Below, one piece after another: positions 23,870-33,359 of a stretch of DNA of 64,000 nucleotides (its first letter is position 1; every line of letters begins with the position of its first letter). The stretch comes from a virus. Where the stretch lies: positions 109,385 through 173,384 of the IMG/VR virus record IMGVR_UViG_3300043409_001462; one strand, given 5' to 3'. The notes below the pieces were generated by a model. It was not told where the DNA came from and did no database searches. It worked only from the letters and a program-made list of their open reading frames with translations. Position numbers and translations under genes: made by a program.

Positions 23870-25312
23870 ATGGACATGGCGATTGAAAATGCGATTTTTG
23901 GGAACCTGGTATACAATGAAGAATACGCTCGCAAGTGCATACCCTTTCTCAAAGAGGAATATTTCTCTACGCAGGATCAAAAAGCGTTATTCCGACTCAT
24001 TAAAGAATACGTAGACAAATATAATTCTTTCCCCACCAAAGAAGTTATGGCTATTGACTTGTCTAACACTGATGGCATAAGCGAAGATACCTTTAAGAAC
24101 TGTAAGGAGTTAATCAGTGGTCTCACGCATGACAAAGAAACCCAAGTCGATTGGCTCTTGGACCAAACAGAGAAATTCTGTCAAGACAAAGCAATCTATA
24201 ATGCGATCATGGCGTCAATCGGGATTCTTGATGATAGCTCTGGGAAAACCTCAAAGGGGTCAATACCTCAGATACTCTCCGATGCACTTGCTGTATCGTT
24301 TGACACACATATTGGTCATGACTTCCTTGAAGACTCGGATACACGCTATGAGTTCTATCACACCAAGGAAAGTCGTATCCCGTTCGACCTCGAGTACCTT
24401 AACAAAGCAACGAATGGCGGGTTGCCTAAGAAAACGCTCAACATTGCTCTAGCAGGCACTGGCGTTGGTAAGTCTCTATTTATGTGTCATTGTGCAGCAT
24501 CTAACCTTGTAAATGGTTTGAATGTGCTGTACATTACGATGGAGATGGCGGAAGAAAAGATCGCAGAGCGTATTGACGCCAACCTGCTTGACACCCCTAT
24601 TGATCAACTAGCATTATTACCCAAGGACGTTTACGATAAAAAGGTTGAGCGTATTCGTAAAAAGACAGCGGGTAAGTTGATCGTGAAGGAGTACCCTACA
24701 GCATGCGCAGGTTCGGCTAACTTCCGCCATCTTCTAAACGAACTTAAGTTGAAGAAAAACTTTGTACCCGATATTATCTATATCGATTATCTAAACATTT
24801 GTATGTCATCGAGGATTAAAAATGGAGCCAACGTCAATTCTTATACCCTTGTCAAAGCCATTGCAGAAGAACTGCGAGGACTTGCAGTGGAGTTCAATGT
24901 TCCTGTCGTCTCTGCGACTCAAACAACTCGAAGCGGATATTCGAACAGCGACGTGGGACTGGAAGATACGTCAGAGTCCTTCGGACTCCCAGCCACAGCT
25001 GATTTTATGTTTGCACTCATCGCGTCCGAAGAACTTACTGACCTCGGTCAAATTATGGTTAAACAGCTCAAGAATCGCTATAATGATCCAGGGGTGTATA
25101 CTAAGTTTTGTGTTGGTGTGGATCGCAGCAAGATGCGGCTATACAATGTAGAACAGTCTGCTCAGGAAGATATTCTCGATGGTCCTAAAAAGAAAAAAGA
25201 TCGAGATGAAGACAAGTCTGTATTTGATAATGGTAAGTTTATGACGGAAGACCTAGAACGTAGTAAGCCTAAACAGAAGTTTGATAAAAACAAATTTGCG
25301 GGGTTCAAATGA
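23870..25312 (+). CDS. 41: DnaB-like replicative helicase (T4 gp41)
   Basis: AGTGVGKS, ITMEM, IDYLNIC, SATQTTR, SESFGLPATAD. Confidence 0.96.
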   Translation: MDMAIENAIFGNLVYNEEYARKCIPFLKEEYFSTQDQKALFRLIKEYVDKYNSFPTKEVMAIDLSNTDGISEDTFKNCKELISGLTHDKETQVDWLLDQTEKFCQDKAIYNAIMASIGILDDSSGKTSKGSIPQILSDALAVSFDTHIGHDFLEDSDTRYEFYHTKESRIPFDLEYLNKATNGGLPKKTLNIALAGTGVGKSLFMCHCAASNLVNGLNVLYITMEMAEEKIAERIDANLLDTPIDQLALLPKDVYDKKVERIRKKTAGKLIVKEYPTACAGSANFRHLLNELKLKKNFVPDIIYIDYLNICMSSRIKNGANVNSYTLVKAIAEELRGLAVEFNVPVVSATQTTRSGYSNSDVGLEDTSESFGLPATADFMFALIASEELTDLGQIMVKQLKNRYNDPGVYTKFCVGVDRSKMRLYNVEQSAQEDILDGPKKKKDRDEDKSVFDNGKFMTEDLERSKPKQKFDKNKFAGFK

Positions 25313-25518
25313 GCAAGCGTAAGATGACATATAATCTAGTCGAAGGCAAAGATAAGTCTATGTACGATGTACTAGAGGAAACTACATCTCAGGTAATCAA
25401 ATCGTTCCCTGGAGATAAATTTCTAGAAGCAAAATCATTCATGCGCCACTTAAACCTTGGTGGTGGATTCGATGGTTGGACTCCATCATTTTTGTTAAAA
25501 AAAATTAAAAATGCTTGA
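25309..25518 (+). CDS. Hypothetical protein
   Basis: ATGA coupling; LNLGGGFDGWTP. Confidence 0.7.
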   Translation: MSKRKMTYNLVEGKDKSMYDVLEETTSQVIKSFPGDKFLEAKSFMRHLNLGGGFDGWTPSFLLKKIKNA

Positions 25519-25536
25519 AAAAACATCGTTACGTTG

Positions 25537-25544
25537 TATAAATA
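25537..25544 (+). promoter_or_regulatory. T4-type late promoter
   Basis: TATAAATA. Confidence 0.7.
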
Positions 25545-25548
25545 ATCT

Positions 25549-25651
25549 CAGAAATGATATGTATTACGTTTAACGTATGAGGCACGAGGCTAATTAGGCT
25601 ACGGAATAGTTGAGAGAAAACGGTGGGGTTCCGCTCAACCATATCAATCTG
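25549..25651 (+). ncRNA. Candidate late small RNA with terminal stem and pseudoknot
   Basis: Lies between a late promoter and a terminator with no credible ORF; complementary ends. Confidence 0.55.
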
Positions 25652-25655
25652 TTTT

Positions 25656-25686
25656 GGGGGGATCGAAAGGTCCTCCCTTTTTATTT
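25656..25686 (+). terminator. Rho-independent terminator
   Basis: GGGGGGATC-GAAA-GGTCCTCCC-T run. Confidence 0.85.
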
Positions 25687-25694
25687 TATAAATA
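25687..25694 (+). promoter_or_regulatory. T4-type late promoter
   Basis: TATAAATA. Confidence 0.7.
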
Positions 25695-25712
25695 TATTAA
25701 AACGGGGTAACT

Positions 25713-27071
25713 ATGTCTTATAACTATAATCAATTAACAGTATCTGCAAAAAAAGCTGTTAGCTTGATCATAAGCAGTGGGGTCCCAGCTTCAATTAAAA
25801 CTTCTAGGTATCAAACGCAAATTAAAGCCGTTGAAGTTTCGTATAAAGGCAATTTAGGCGATTTGTTAGAAGCTTCAGGGTTGATAGGCACCTTAACAGA
25901 TTTATCTTCTATAGAAGAAAAAAATATATCAGGAAAATATAAAGCTAAGTTGTTTACCACAGCAAAAGCTGCCAAAGCTTTTTCGAAAGAAGAGTCATTT
26001 TTTATTGTTAATACCTTTACTGAAAAAGGTAGTCTTAAAACAAAAGATTTAGCACCAGATAAACTCGGGTTAACTGCATATACGGATATCAGGAGTTTTG
26101 ATAAAGCTATATCTTCTGGCATCGAATATCTAGCAGTTGACGAAGCTATTAAATTCGTATTGGGTTCTTTACATTACGATATACGACAATTTAAATCAAA
26201 CAACTCTGATGTCGTGCCTTTTAGTAAAGAAACTAAAGAGCTTATGTCTGTAACAAAACCTCAAGACAGACAAGCCATCGGTAAAGATTTCGGAGAGATA
26301 CTTTCCCTACGTTGGTATATCACGCAAAAATTTGCACAACCAGTAACGAAATTTGGATTTTCGGCTGTTAGTAACGAAGCACTCGTAGATTTTTATGTCG
26401 TTCATGGTAAAATAACTTCAAATGTGTCGGCTAAGTTTGAAGCTGGTGCTGCGCCTTCTATTGGTTCTATTGTAAAAAATATTGATAAAGTATACAAATC
26501 TCCAACGAGCGAAGAGAAAAAAGCAATTGACGTTTTGAAAGCTCTCGCGAGTGAAAAAGATAACACTTCAACTAAAATACTCAACGCATATAAAACGTTG
26601 AAATTACCAGCATTAGCTAAATTAAATACCATTCTAAAAAAGAACAGTGTAGAATTGAAAGATATTAACGAACATATTCAATCTATTGCAAAAAGTGGCA
26701 GTAAAGCTGCGAATAGAATAAAATTATTTAAAATTAAATTTGATTCGGTTTATACACTATTAAACAAAACTGCATCCGAAGATTCTTTAAACACAGTATT
26801 TTATAATGAAACATATCCAAAACCATATTATTCATTATTGTTATCACCAATGGGTTACGCATTAGTTGATTATATGAATAAAACTCCTATCTATCAGGAC
26901 ATACTCAATAATATAAGTAGGAGTATGAAAACAGAACAAGTGTATTTAAATTTCACCTCAAGCGGTATGAAGTTTGAAAAAAAACTCTTTTCAAAAGCAG
27001 AATTTAAATTTGCATATGGAGCTAATGCAAAAGATGCAAACAATACTGGCATTAAGTTCTCTATGAAATAA
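25713..27071 (+). CDS. Hypothetical protein, possible PD-(D/E)XK nuclease fold
   Basis: FGE...NEALVDFYV...VSAK pattern; function tentative. Confidence 0.55.
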   Translation: MSYNYNQLTVSAKKAVSLIISSGVPASIKTSRYQTQIKAVEVSYKGNLGDLLEASGLIGTLTDLSSIEEKNISGKYKAKLFTTAKAAKAFSKEESFFIVNTFTEKGSLKTKDLAPDKLGLTAYTDIRSFDKAISSGIEYLAVDEAIKFVLGSLHYDIRQFKSNNSDVVPFSKETKELMSVTKPQDRQAIGKDFGEILSLRWYITQKFAQPVTKFGFSAVSNEALVDFYVVHGKITSNVSAKFEAGAAPSIGSIVKNIDKVYKSPTSEEKKAIDVLKALASEKDNTSTKILNAYKTLKLPALAKLNTILKKNSVELKDINEHIQSIAKSGSKAANRIKLFKIKFDSVYTLLNKTASEDSLNTVFYNETYPKPYYSLLLSPMGYALVDYMNKTPIYQDILNNISRSMKTEQVYLNFTSSGMKFEKKLFSKAEFKFAYGANAKDANNTGIKFSMK

Positions 27072-27085
27072 TAAAAAGGCATAAT

Positions 27086-29146
27086 ATGTTAAAGTTCAAT
27101 ACTTACTTATTAGAATCATTAGATATCGAGAAGCTTAAACATCTTGAGCATCTCGAAGACCATATAATTCATGGTGGCCATGAAGGTGTAATACACGCCT
27201 CTGAAACGTTATCTGATGTGGTTGGAATTCTAGAGGGTAAGCCAAGAAAAAACTTCAATCAACAAACTAGAATAACAACAAAGTATGATGGCGCTCCATC
27301 TATTGTATTCGGTATCAATCCAGAAAATGGTAAGTTCTTTGTTGCATCTAAGTCAGCATTCAATAAAAATCCAAAGATAAACTACAACGACAGAGATATC
27401 GAAGAGAACCATGGTCATGCTCCTGGACTTGTAGAAAAACTAAAGCTAGCTTTGAAAGAGCTACCAAAAATTATGCCAAAGTCAGGTGTGTTTCAAGGCG
27501 ACTTAATGTATGGTAAGGAAGATCTATCAAAGAACGAAAATGGCACTTATAGCTTTACACCTAACACAATTACATATACTACAGATAATCCCGAACAAAC
27601 TCGTAGCGCTGAAGTAGCAAACATTGGTGTCGTAGTTCACTCTAGATATACTGGTAAAACATTAGCTGATGCAAAGGTAAGCTTTGATGTTGATCAAAGC
27701 CAGTTCAAACGTAATCCTGACGTTCATATGGTTAATCCAGAAATATCTGGAGCCAATATCAAACCTGTTGAAAAGAAAAAGTACGAAGCAGAACTTCAGC
27801 AAGCAACAGATATCTATAAAACATTAGACGATGATTTCTTTAATATCGTCGACGGTCATAACGACACATTGAAAATGTATATCAATTCATGTGTAAGAAA
27901 TAAAAGCGTTCCTGAAGGTAAAGGTTATCTAGCTTTCGTTAAAGATAGAGCTGACAAAGAAGTAGAAAAAGCAAAGTCTGCAGATGGTAAAACTAAGAAG
28001 AAAGCTGCGTCAGCTGCTATTACTTCACATGTCAAAAACCATATGGATCAATTTAATAGTTTGTTTAGATTACATTACTCTTTACAGCAAGCGAAAGATA
28101 CATTAACAACTGCATTATCTACCACTGTCAACACAGGATTTAAAACTACACTCGGTGGTAAACCAGCAAAGCAAGAAGGCTTCGTTGCTATTCGTGGTGG
28201 AAGACCAACTAAACTAGTTGATCGTGCAGAGTTCAGTGCTGCTAATTTCTCTGGTGGCTCATTCCAGAAAGCAGCAAAAGAAGAAGAAGCTGCTGCTGAA
28301 GATTTAAATCCAGTTGTTACTGCATGGGGAAGAATGAATCCTCCAACTCATGCTGGTCATGGAGCTGTTGTTGGTAAAGTAATGGACCTAGCTAAAGAGT
28401 TAAAGGCTCCACATTCTATTGCTCTTACTAGATCACAAGATCCAGAAAAGAACCCACTATCACCAGAACAAAAACTAAAGCATGCCAAGCGTATGTTCCC
28501 TGGTGCTAATGTAATGATAGCTGATGAAGATGCTAAAACAGTTATTGAACATATTAAGAAACTAAATCAAAAAGGTCACAAGCATCTTGCTTTGGTTGTT
28601 GGTTCTGATCGTGTAGAACAGATGCAAAAGCTTCTTGATCAGTATAATGGTAAAGAGTATAAGTTCAAAAAGATAGATGTTGTATCAGCTGGTCAGCGAG
28701 ATATGGATGCTGATGTTGATGAAGAAGATGAAAAGCCATCTAAAGATGAAACACCACAGCAGAGAAAAGAGCGTGAAGAAAAGAAACGTCGTAAAATGTC
28801 TGCTTCTAAAATGCGTGGACATGCTATCAAAGGTAAATATCAAGACTTCAAATCAGGTATGCATCCAGATGCTCCAGAAGAACATACTCGTGAAATGTAT
28901 GATGAAGTTCGCCAGGGTATGAATATCGATATTGGACCAAATACATCTGGTATATCATTAGCTCGATACGCTAAACGTAAAGATCCTATTGGTATGAAAG
29001 CTCGTAGAGAAATGAAGCGTAGAGAAATAGTTAAGCAACAAGAAATTAACACGAAACAAGCGAAAAAACCAGTTAAGCCATCAGATAAACCAAAAGTAGC
29101 TGGTTTTAAGCAGTTTTCTCCTGCTAAGAAAATCGTAAAAATATAA
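27086..29146 (+). CDS. Fusion of ligase-like nucleotidyltransferase domain and HIGH-class (cytidylyltransferase-like) domain
   Basis: TKYDG, QGDLMY, EGFV, KLVDR; then GRMNPPTHAGH, VVGSDR, SAGQRD, MSASKMR. Confidence 0.75.
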   Translation: MLKFNTYLLESLDIEKLKHLEHLEDHIIHGGHEGVIHASETLSDVVGILEGKPRKNFNQQTRITTKYDGAPSIVFGINPENGKFFVASKSAFNKNPKINYNDRDIEENHGHAPGLVEKLKLALKELPKIMPKSGVFQGDLMYGKEDLSKNENGTYSFTPNTITYTTDNPEQTRSAEVANIGVVVHSRYTGKTLADAKVSFDVDQSQFKRNPDVHMVNPEISGANIKPVEKKKYEAELQQATDIYKTLDDDFFNIVDGHNDTLKMYINSCVRNKSVPEGKGYLAFVKDRADKEVEKAKSADGKTKKKAASAAITSHVKNHMDQFNSLFRLHYSLQQAKDTLTTALSTTVNTGFKTTLGGKPAKQEGFVAIRGGRPTKLVDRAEFSAANFSGGSFQKAAKEEEAAAEDLNPVVTAWGRMNPPTHAGHGAVVGKVMDLAKELKAPHSIALTRSQDPEKNPLSPEQKLKHAKRMFPGANVMIADEDAKTVIEHIKKLNQKGHKHLALVVGSDRVEQMQKLLDQYNGKEYKFKKIDVVSAGQRDMDADVDEEDEKPSKDETPQQRKEREEKKRRKMSASKMRGHAIKGKYQDFKSGMHPDAPEEHTREMYDEVRQGMNIDIGPNTSGISLARYAKRKDPIGMKARREMKRREIVKQQEINTKQAKKPVKPSDKPKVAGFKQFSPAKKIVKI

Positions 29147-29149
29147 ATA
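29142..29149 (+). promoter_or_regulatory. T4-type late promoter
   Basis: TATAAATA. Confidence 0.7.
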
Positions 29150-29214
29150 GAAAGTTCGCAGAAAGCTACGGCAACCCTGCAATTGTTCAATGGTTAAGCC
29201 CAAGGGAAACACCA

Positions 29215-30393
29215 ATGTTAAAAGATACAAGTCTCCAAACTAGTCCTCAGCTAGCTCTTGTAGAGCAACCAAGGGTTGTCGTAGCCCTTTCTACTAAACA
29301 GGTTATATCACTTTTTAAAAAATCAGAATACTCACATATTCCTTTTGACACTTTGAAAGAAGTATATCAAAGAGGTTATTCACAAAGTTTATCCGAGCAA
29401 ATTGCATACAATAGAGTTAATTCATTTATTGCAGGTGGTGCAGCGATGGAAATTGATCAAGATTTAGTAGAAGGTCTCAAAACAACAGGTCGCAAAGACT
29501 TACATGGAAAAGATTCTAGACTTCATCATAAAGAATTAAAAGCATCTGGTTATGTAAGCAAGGGTTCTGATGCGAATTATAAAAATAGTGAAGGAACAGA
29601 ACACTCTTACTATCATCCTAAATCAAATACCATGCATGCATTTCGCGCCAAAGGTGGAAAGATTAATCATGCATATGAATGGACACCAAACATATCTTAT
29701 GGCAAAGCTCATGGCGCTGTTGTTCATGAAGAAACTATTAATGAAAAGCGTGGTCTTTGGGATAATATCCATGCAAAGAGAGAACGTATTAAACGTGGCT
29801 CTGGCGAAAGCATGCGTAAGCCAGGATCAAAAGGCGCACCAACAGCTGCTGCGTTAAAAAATTCACAGACAAAAGAAGAATATACAGGCGCTGAAAAAGT
29901 GTCTAAGAATTCAGACGATGCGTCAAGCCGTTTCGTTGGCGCTAACTCTTTAACTGATGTTTATAAGAAAGCAACACCAGGTTATACTTCTACCGTCAAG
30001 CGTGTAGTAAAAGAAATGGCTACTCGTGTAAACGAAGGCGACGTAATTAAAACTAAATTCGCCACAAAGAATATGCATAAACGAGGTATTGAAGGACCGC
30101 ATCCTGTTGTTGGTGATGATCTTATGCGTAACTGGGCGCTTCATAAAATGCCTAAAAAATCTCATGATATGCCAGATATTTCATATCATATGGGAACAGC
30201 AAGATTCCATAATATGGAAAAGGGAACACATTTTGATGTTAAAGGCGGCGCTCCAAGAACTACTGTTATTACAAAACATAATAACAAACCTACTCTTGGA
30301 TTGATAGCTCCAAAAAGCCCTGTGAGTTTTAAACAAGATAAAGTGAAAAAGAAAAAGGGTAATGTTGTTCCTATTAAAGGTAAAGATAAATAA
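29215..30393 (+). CDS. Hypothetical late protein (modular, likely internal head protein)
   Basis: Late promoter; basic modules separated by (L/I/V)xE sites. Confidence 0.65.
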   Translation: MLKDTSLQTSPQLALVEQPRVVVALSTKQVISLFKKSEYSHIPFDTLKEVYQRGYSQSLSEQIAYNRVNSFIAGGAAMEIDQDLVEGLKTTGRKDLHGKDSRLHHKELKASGYVSKGSDANYKNSEGTEHSYYHPKSNTMHAFRAKGGKINHAYEWTPNISYGKAHGAVVHEETINEKRGLWDNIHAKRERIKRGSGESMRKPGSKGAPTAAALKNSQTKEEYTGAEKVSKNSDDASSRFVGANSLTDVYKKATPGYTSTVKRVVKEMATRVNEGDVIKTKFATKNMHKRGIEGPHPVVGDDLMRNWALHKMPKKSHDMPDISYHMGTARFHNMEKGTHFDVKGGAPRTTVITKHNNKPTLGLIAPKSPVSFKQDKVKKKKGNVVPIKGKDK

Positions 30394-30425
30394 GAATAGT
30401 AACTAAAATATAATGGAGAAAACAA

Positions 30426-30872
30426 ATGGAAATTATGGATTTAATAGTAACAGTAATTGTGGTTGGTTTTGCTGGTTGGCTTGTTTTAGAATTTCTTCTT
30501 CCAAAGAAAGATAAAGTAGAATCAGAAACTAAAATTGAACCTGCAAAGAAAATCGATTCTGACTTTGTTACTGGTTTAACTGTTGAGAAAGTTGAAGAAG
30601 TTAAACCTGCACCAGTTGCATCACTTGAACCAGTGGTTGAAAAAGCAAAAGAAGAAGAAGTTAAGAATGTTGAAACTGCAGTAGTTGAAGAAGCTAAAGA
30701 AGCAGCTGCTGAATTGGTTAAAGAAATTGATCAAGTCTTAGAAGAAGTTAAAGTAACAACTAAGAAAGTTAAGGCTAAGGCAAAGGCTATTGAAGAAGCT
30801 ATTGAAGAAAAAGCAGAGCAGTTAGAAGCTGCAGTAAAGAAAACAAGAGCAAAGGCGAAGAAGAATGGATGA
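30426..30872 (+). CDS. Membrane-anchored Glu/Lys-rich protein
   Basis: N-terminal TM helix, GGAG RBS. Confidence 0.75.
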   Translation: MEIMDLIVTVIVVGFAGWLVLEFLLPKKDKVESETKIEPAKKIDSDFVTGLTVEKVEEVKPAPVASLEPVVEKAKEEEVKNVETAVVEEAKEAAAELVKEIDQVLEEVKVTTKKVKAKAKAIEEAIEEKAEQLEAAVKKTRAKAKKNG

Positions 30873-31302
30873 ATTAATTGAGCAAATGAAGGTAACTCTT
30901 GCTAGTACCTTCTCATTCTATTTGAAAGCTCATAATTTTCATTGGAACGTGGAAGGTGCAAACTTTCCACAGTTTCATTCATTCTTTGAAGGGATTTATA
31001 CTGATGCGTGGGGAGCAGTTGATGTTATTGCCGAACATCTTCGTACATTAGATGCATATGCTCCTGGTTCACTAAGTCGTTTTGGTGAATTATCTTTAAT
31101 TAAAGACGAAATCAATATTCCTTCTGCTATCGCTATGATGACTAAGTTAACAACTGATAATGGCACAATGATTGAATTGTTGAATAAAACTCAGGCTCTT
31201 GCAGAACAAAATAATAAAATGGGATTAGCTAACTATCTACAAGATCGCATCGACGCCCACGAAAAACATGGCTGGATGCTACGTTCAATTATAAAGGCAT
31301 AA
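30865..31302 (+). CDS. dps: Dps family ferritin-like protein
   Basis: KAHNFHWNVEG, FHSFFE, DVIAEHLR, HEKHGWML. Confidence 0.92.
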   Translation: MDELIEQMKVTLASTFSFYLKAHNFHWNVEGANFPQFHSFFEGIYTDAWGAVDVIAEHLRTLDAYAPGSLSRFGELSLIKDEINIPSAIAMMTKLTTDNGTMIELLNKTQALAEQNNKMGLANYLQDRIDAHEKHGWMLRSIIKA

Positions 31303-31304
31303 CA

Positions 31305-32744
31305 ATGAGAGACAATCGCAGCTTAGAACAAAAGATTAGAAATATCGTACACGAATCAAATCGTAATACAGAGCTACGTAAAAAAGAACCTAATGTTGGT
31401 CGCCCAACAGGTGATAATAAGCTCGCGAAGCAGGGTCAAATTAAAACTAAAATTATTGATGAAGATAAAGAATGGGAAAAAGATTCAGCTGCTGTAAAAG
31501 CTTCTACAGATAAAAAATTCGTTAGTAAAATGGCAAACAAATGGGGCGAACGTGGTGGTGCATTTTTAAGTCATCCATCAATCACTGGCTCAGATAAAAG
31601 AGAAAAGAAAACAGTAAAAGAAGACAGCGAATATGGTATGGCTCGTAACGAATTAGAAACAGCCAAGCGTGCTATCGATAGATTAAATGCAAAGATGGGT
31701 AAAGGCGAAGGCGAACTCGAAGCTTGGGTGCAGTCTAAAATAACTAAAGCCGCTGATTACCTAGACACAGTTGCTGATTATATCGAAAGCGGATCAGTTA
31801 AAGAAGAAGTAATTGATGAAGACACAGCTGTCGCTAGCGTATCAACTAAAGATACACCAAAAGAACAGCCTGAAAGTAAGAACAAAAAAAAGGATGATGG
31901 TAAAGATTTGATGGAACCAGGCACCATCAAAGGTGGTAAAACAGAAGTTGATACAGAACCAACAACTGATGATCGCGCTGACGATGGTAAGAAAATTAAC
32001 AAAAACGAAAAAGCAACAAAAGCAGCTAATGCACAGGCTGGCGTCAAGGAGGAAACAATGAACAAAACTAAACATTTCGGACTGCCAGCTGATCTAATTG
32101 CAGCAGTTACAGAAGCACTTAAGGGTGATCAGCATAAGATTGATGCCAATAAGAATAATAAGATTGATTCTCATGATTTCAAACTTCTTAGAGGTAAGAA
32201 GAAGGTTGAAGAAGAAGTAGAAGAGCTTGATGAACGTGATGCTGGTAATAAAGCTAAGAAAGATGCTGCTGTTGCTTCTGTTGGTGCAGCAAACAAAGAC
32301 GAAAAGCATCTTACTACTAAAGGTACAGGAATTCGTGGTAGCGTAGCTGACAAGATTCGTGGTCGCGAAGTAACTTCTGGCAAGGATCGTATGAAAGAAG
32401 AAGTCGAATCGATCGAAAAGCTTTCAAAAGATACAATGAAATCTTACGAAGAAACTGATCCAGGTTTCTCAGAAGCTGAACTAGCCCGTATCGAAGAAAT
32501 CGCAAACAACATCGATGAAGTAGTAACAGCAAGAAAGCTTACACCAGCTGATAAGGCTGCAAGAGCAAAGTATCTTGAAGGTCATGCAGCAAAAATGGCT
32601 GGTATGGCTCATCATGCTATTAAGGGTGACGCAAAGTCATTCAAAGCTCGTAACACAGAACATGGCGATTATTCAAAAGAGCCAAGTAAAATGGCAGGTA
32701 TTGGTTTAGATTACACTTTAACAAAGCAAGATACCAAAAGATGA
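31305..32744 (+). CDS. Hypothetical late protein (modular, charged; likely internal head protein)
   Basis: Repeated (V/I/L)xE sites, EF-hand-like DANKNNKIDSHD module. Confidence 0.7.
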   Translation: MRDNRSLEQKIRNIVHESNRNTELRKKEPNVGRPTGDNKLAKQGQIKTKIIDEDKEWEKDSAAVKASTDKKFVSKMANKWGERGGAFLSHPSITGSDKREKKTVKEDSEYGMARNELETAKRAIDRLNAKMGKGEGELEAWVQSKITKAADYLDTVADYIESGSVKEEVIDEDTAVASVSTKDTPKEQPESKNKKKDDGKDLMEPGTIKGGKTEVDTEPTTDDRADDGKKINKNEKATKAANAQAGVKEETMNKTKHFGLPADLIAAVTEALKGDQHKIDANKNNKIDSHDFKLLRGKKKVEEEVEELDERDAGNKAKKDAAVASVGAANKDEKHLTTKGTGIRGSVADKIRGREVTSGKDRMKEEVESIEKLSKDTMKSYEETDPGFSEAELARIEEIANNIDEVVTARKLTPADKAARAKYLEGHAAKMAGMAHHAIKGDAKSFKARNTEHGDYSKEPSKMAGIGLDYTLTKQDTKR

Positions 32745-33316
32745 AATCTTTCTCATCATTTATAACTGAGGCTAGAAGACCTAAGATTCGTCCCGATGCA
32801 AAACATGGGGACGAACCAGGTGTTACTGATAAGAGTAACAACATTGCAACAGTTAACATAACTGATGAGAAACTTCATGAACTTTCACCAGAGCTAGTTG
32901 GTAAAGTACACAAGGCTCGAGCTGTTGGTGGTAAGCCAAGCAAAACACTTGCAGCTAGTAAAACTCTTTCCGCTGCTGTAAGAAAAGCTTGGCTTAAAAC
33001 TAAAGCTGGTAAAATGAAAACTGAATCTGTTGGTTTAGATGTTACTGCAAAAACTCCTATCCCTCATGTGACCATTTCGAAAACATCTCGTAATAAAGCT
33101 ACTAATGCACCAGCTTCTGCTGCTTCTTCTCAGGCAGCTGCTACAAATAGATCTGCAGATCTACAAAAGAATGCTGAGAAAGAAAGAGAAGCTAAGAAAA
33201 AAGCTTCTCAATCTGAAATTGCAACAAGAAAAGTAGCTGAGAAATTACGTAAATCGACTGGTCTTAAACCACCTGAAGCACCAAAAGCAAAACAGATGGC
33301 TGCACCGAAAATTTAA
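32741..33316 (+). CDS. Putative internal head protein with capsid-targeting sequence
   Basis: MKSFSSFITE resembles the T4 internal-protein targeting peptide MKTYQEFIAE. Confidence 0.65.
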   Translation: MKSFSSFITEARRPKIRPDAKHGDEPGVTDKSNNIATVNITDEKLHELSPELVGKVHKARAVGGKPSKTLAASKTLSAAVRKAWLKTKAGKMKTESVGLDVTAKTPIPHVTISKTSRNKATNAPASAASSQAAATNRSADLQKNAEKEREAKKKASQSEIATRKVAEKLRKSTGLKPPEAPKAKQMAAPKI

Positions 33317-33359
33317 AAACAATAAATAGAAAAAACACTTTCTCTAGGAGGATATCTAA

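Noticed and set aside
23772-24014. 80-aa ORF bridging into gp41
   Set aside because: Mostly overlaps the helicase out of frame, with no clear RBS or motif; cannot be supported
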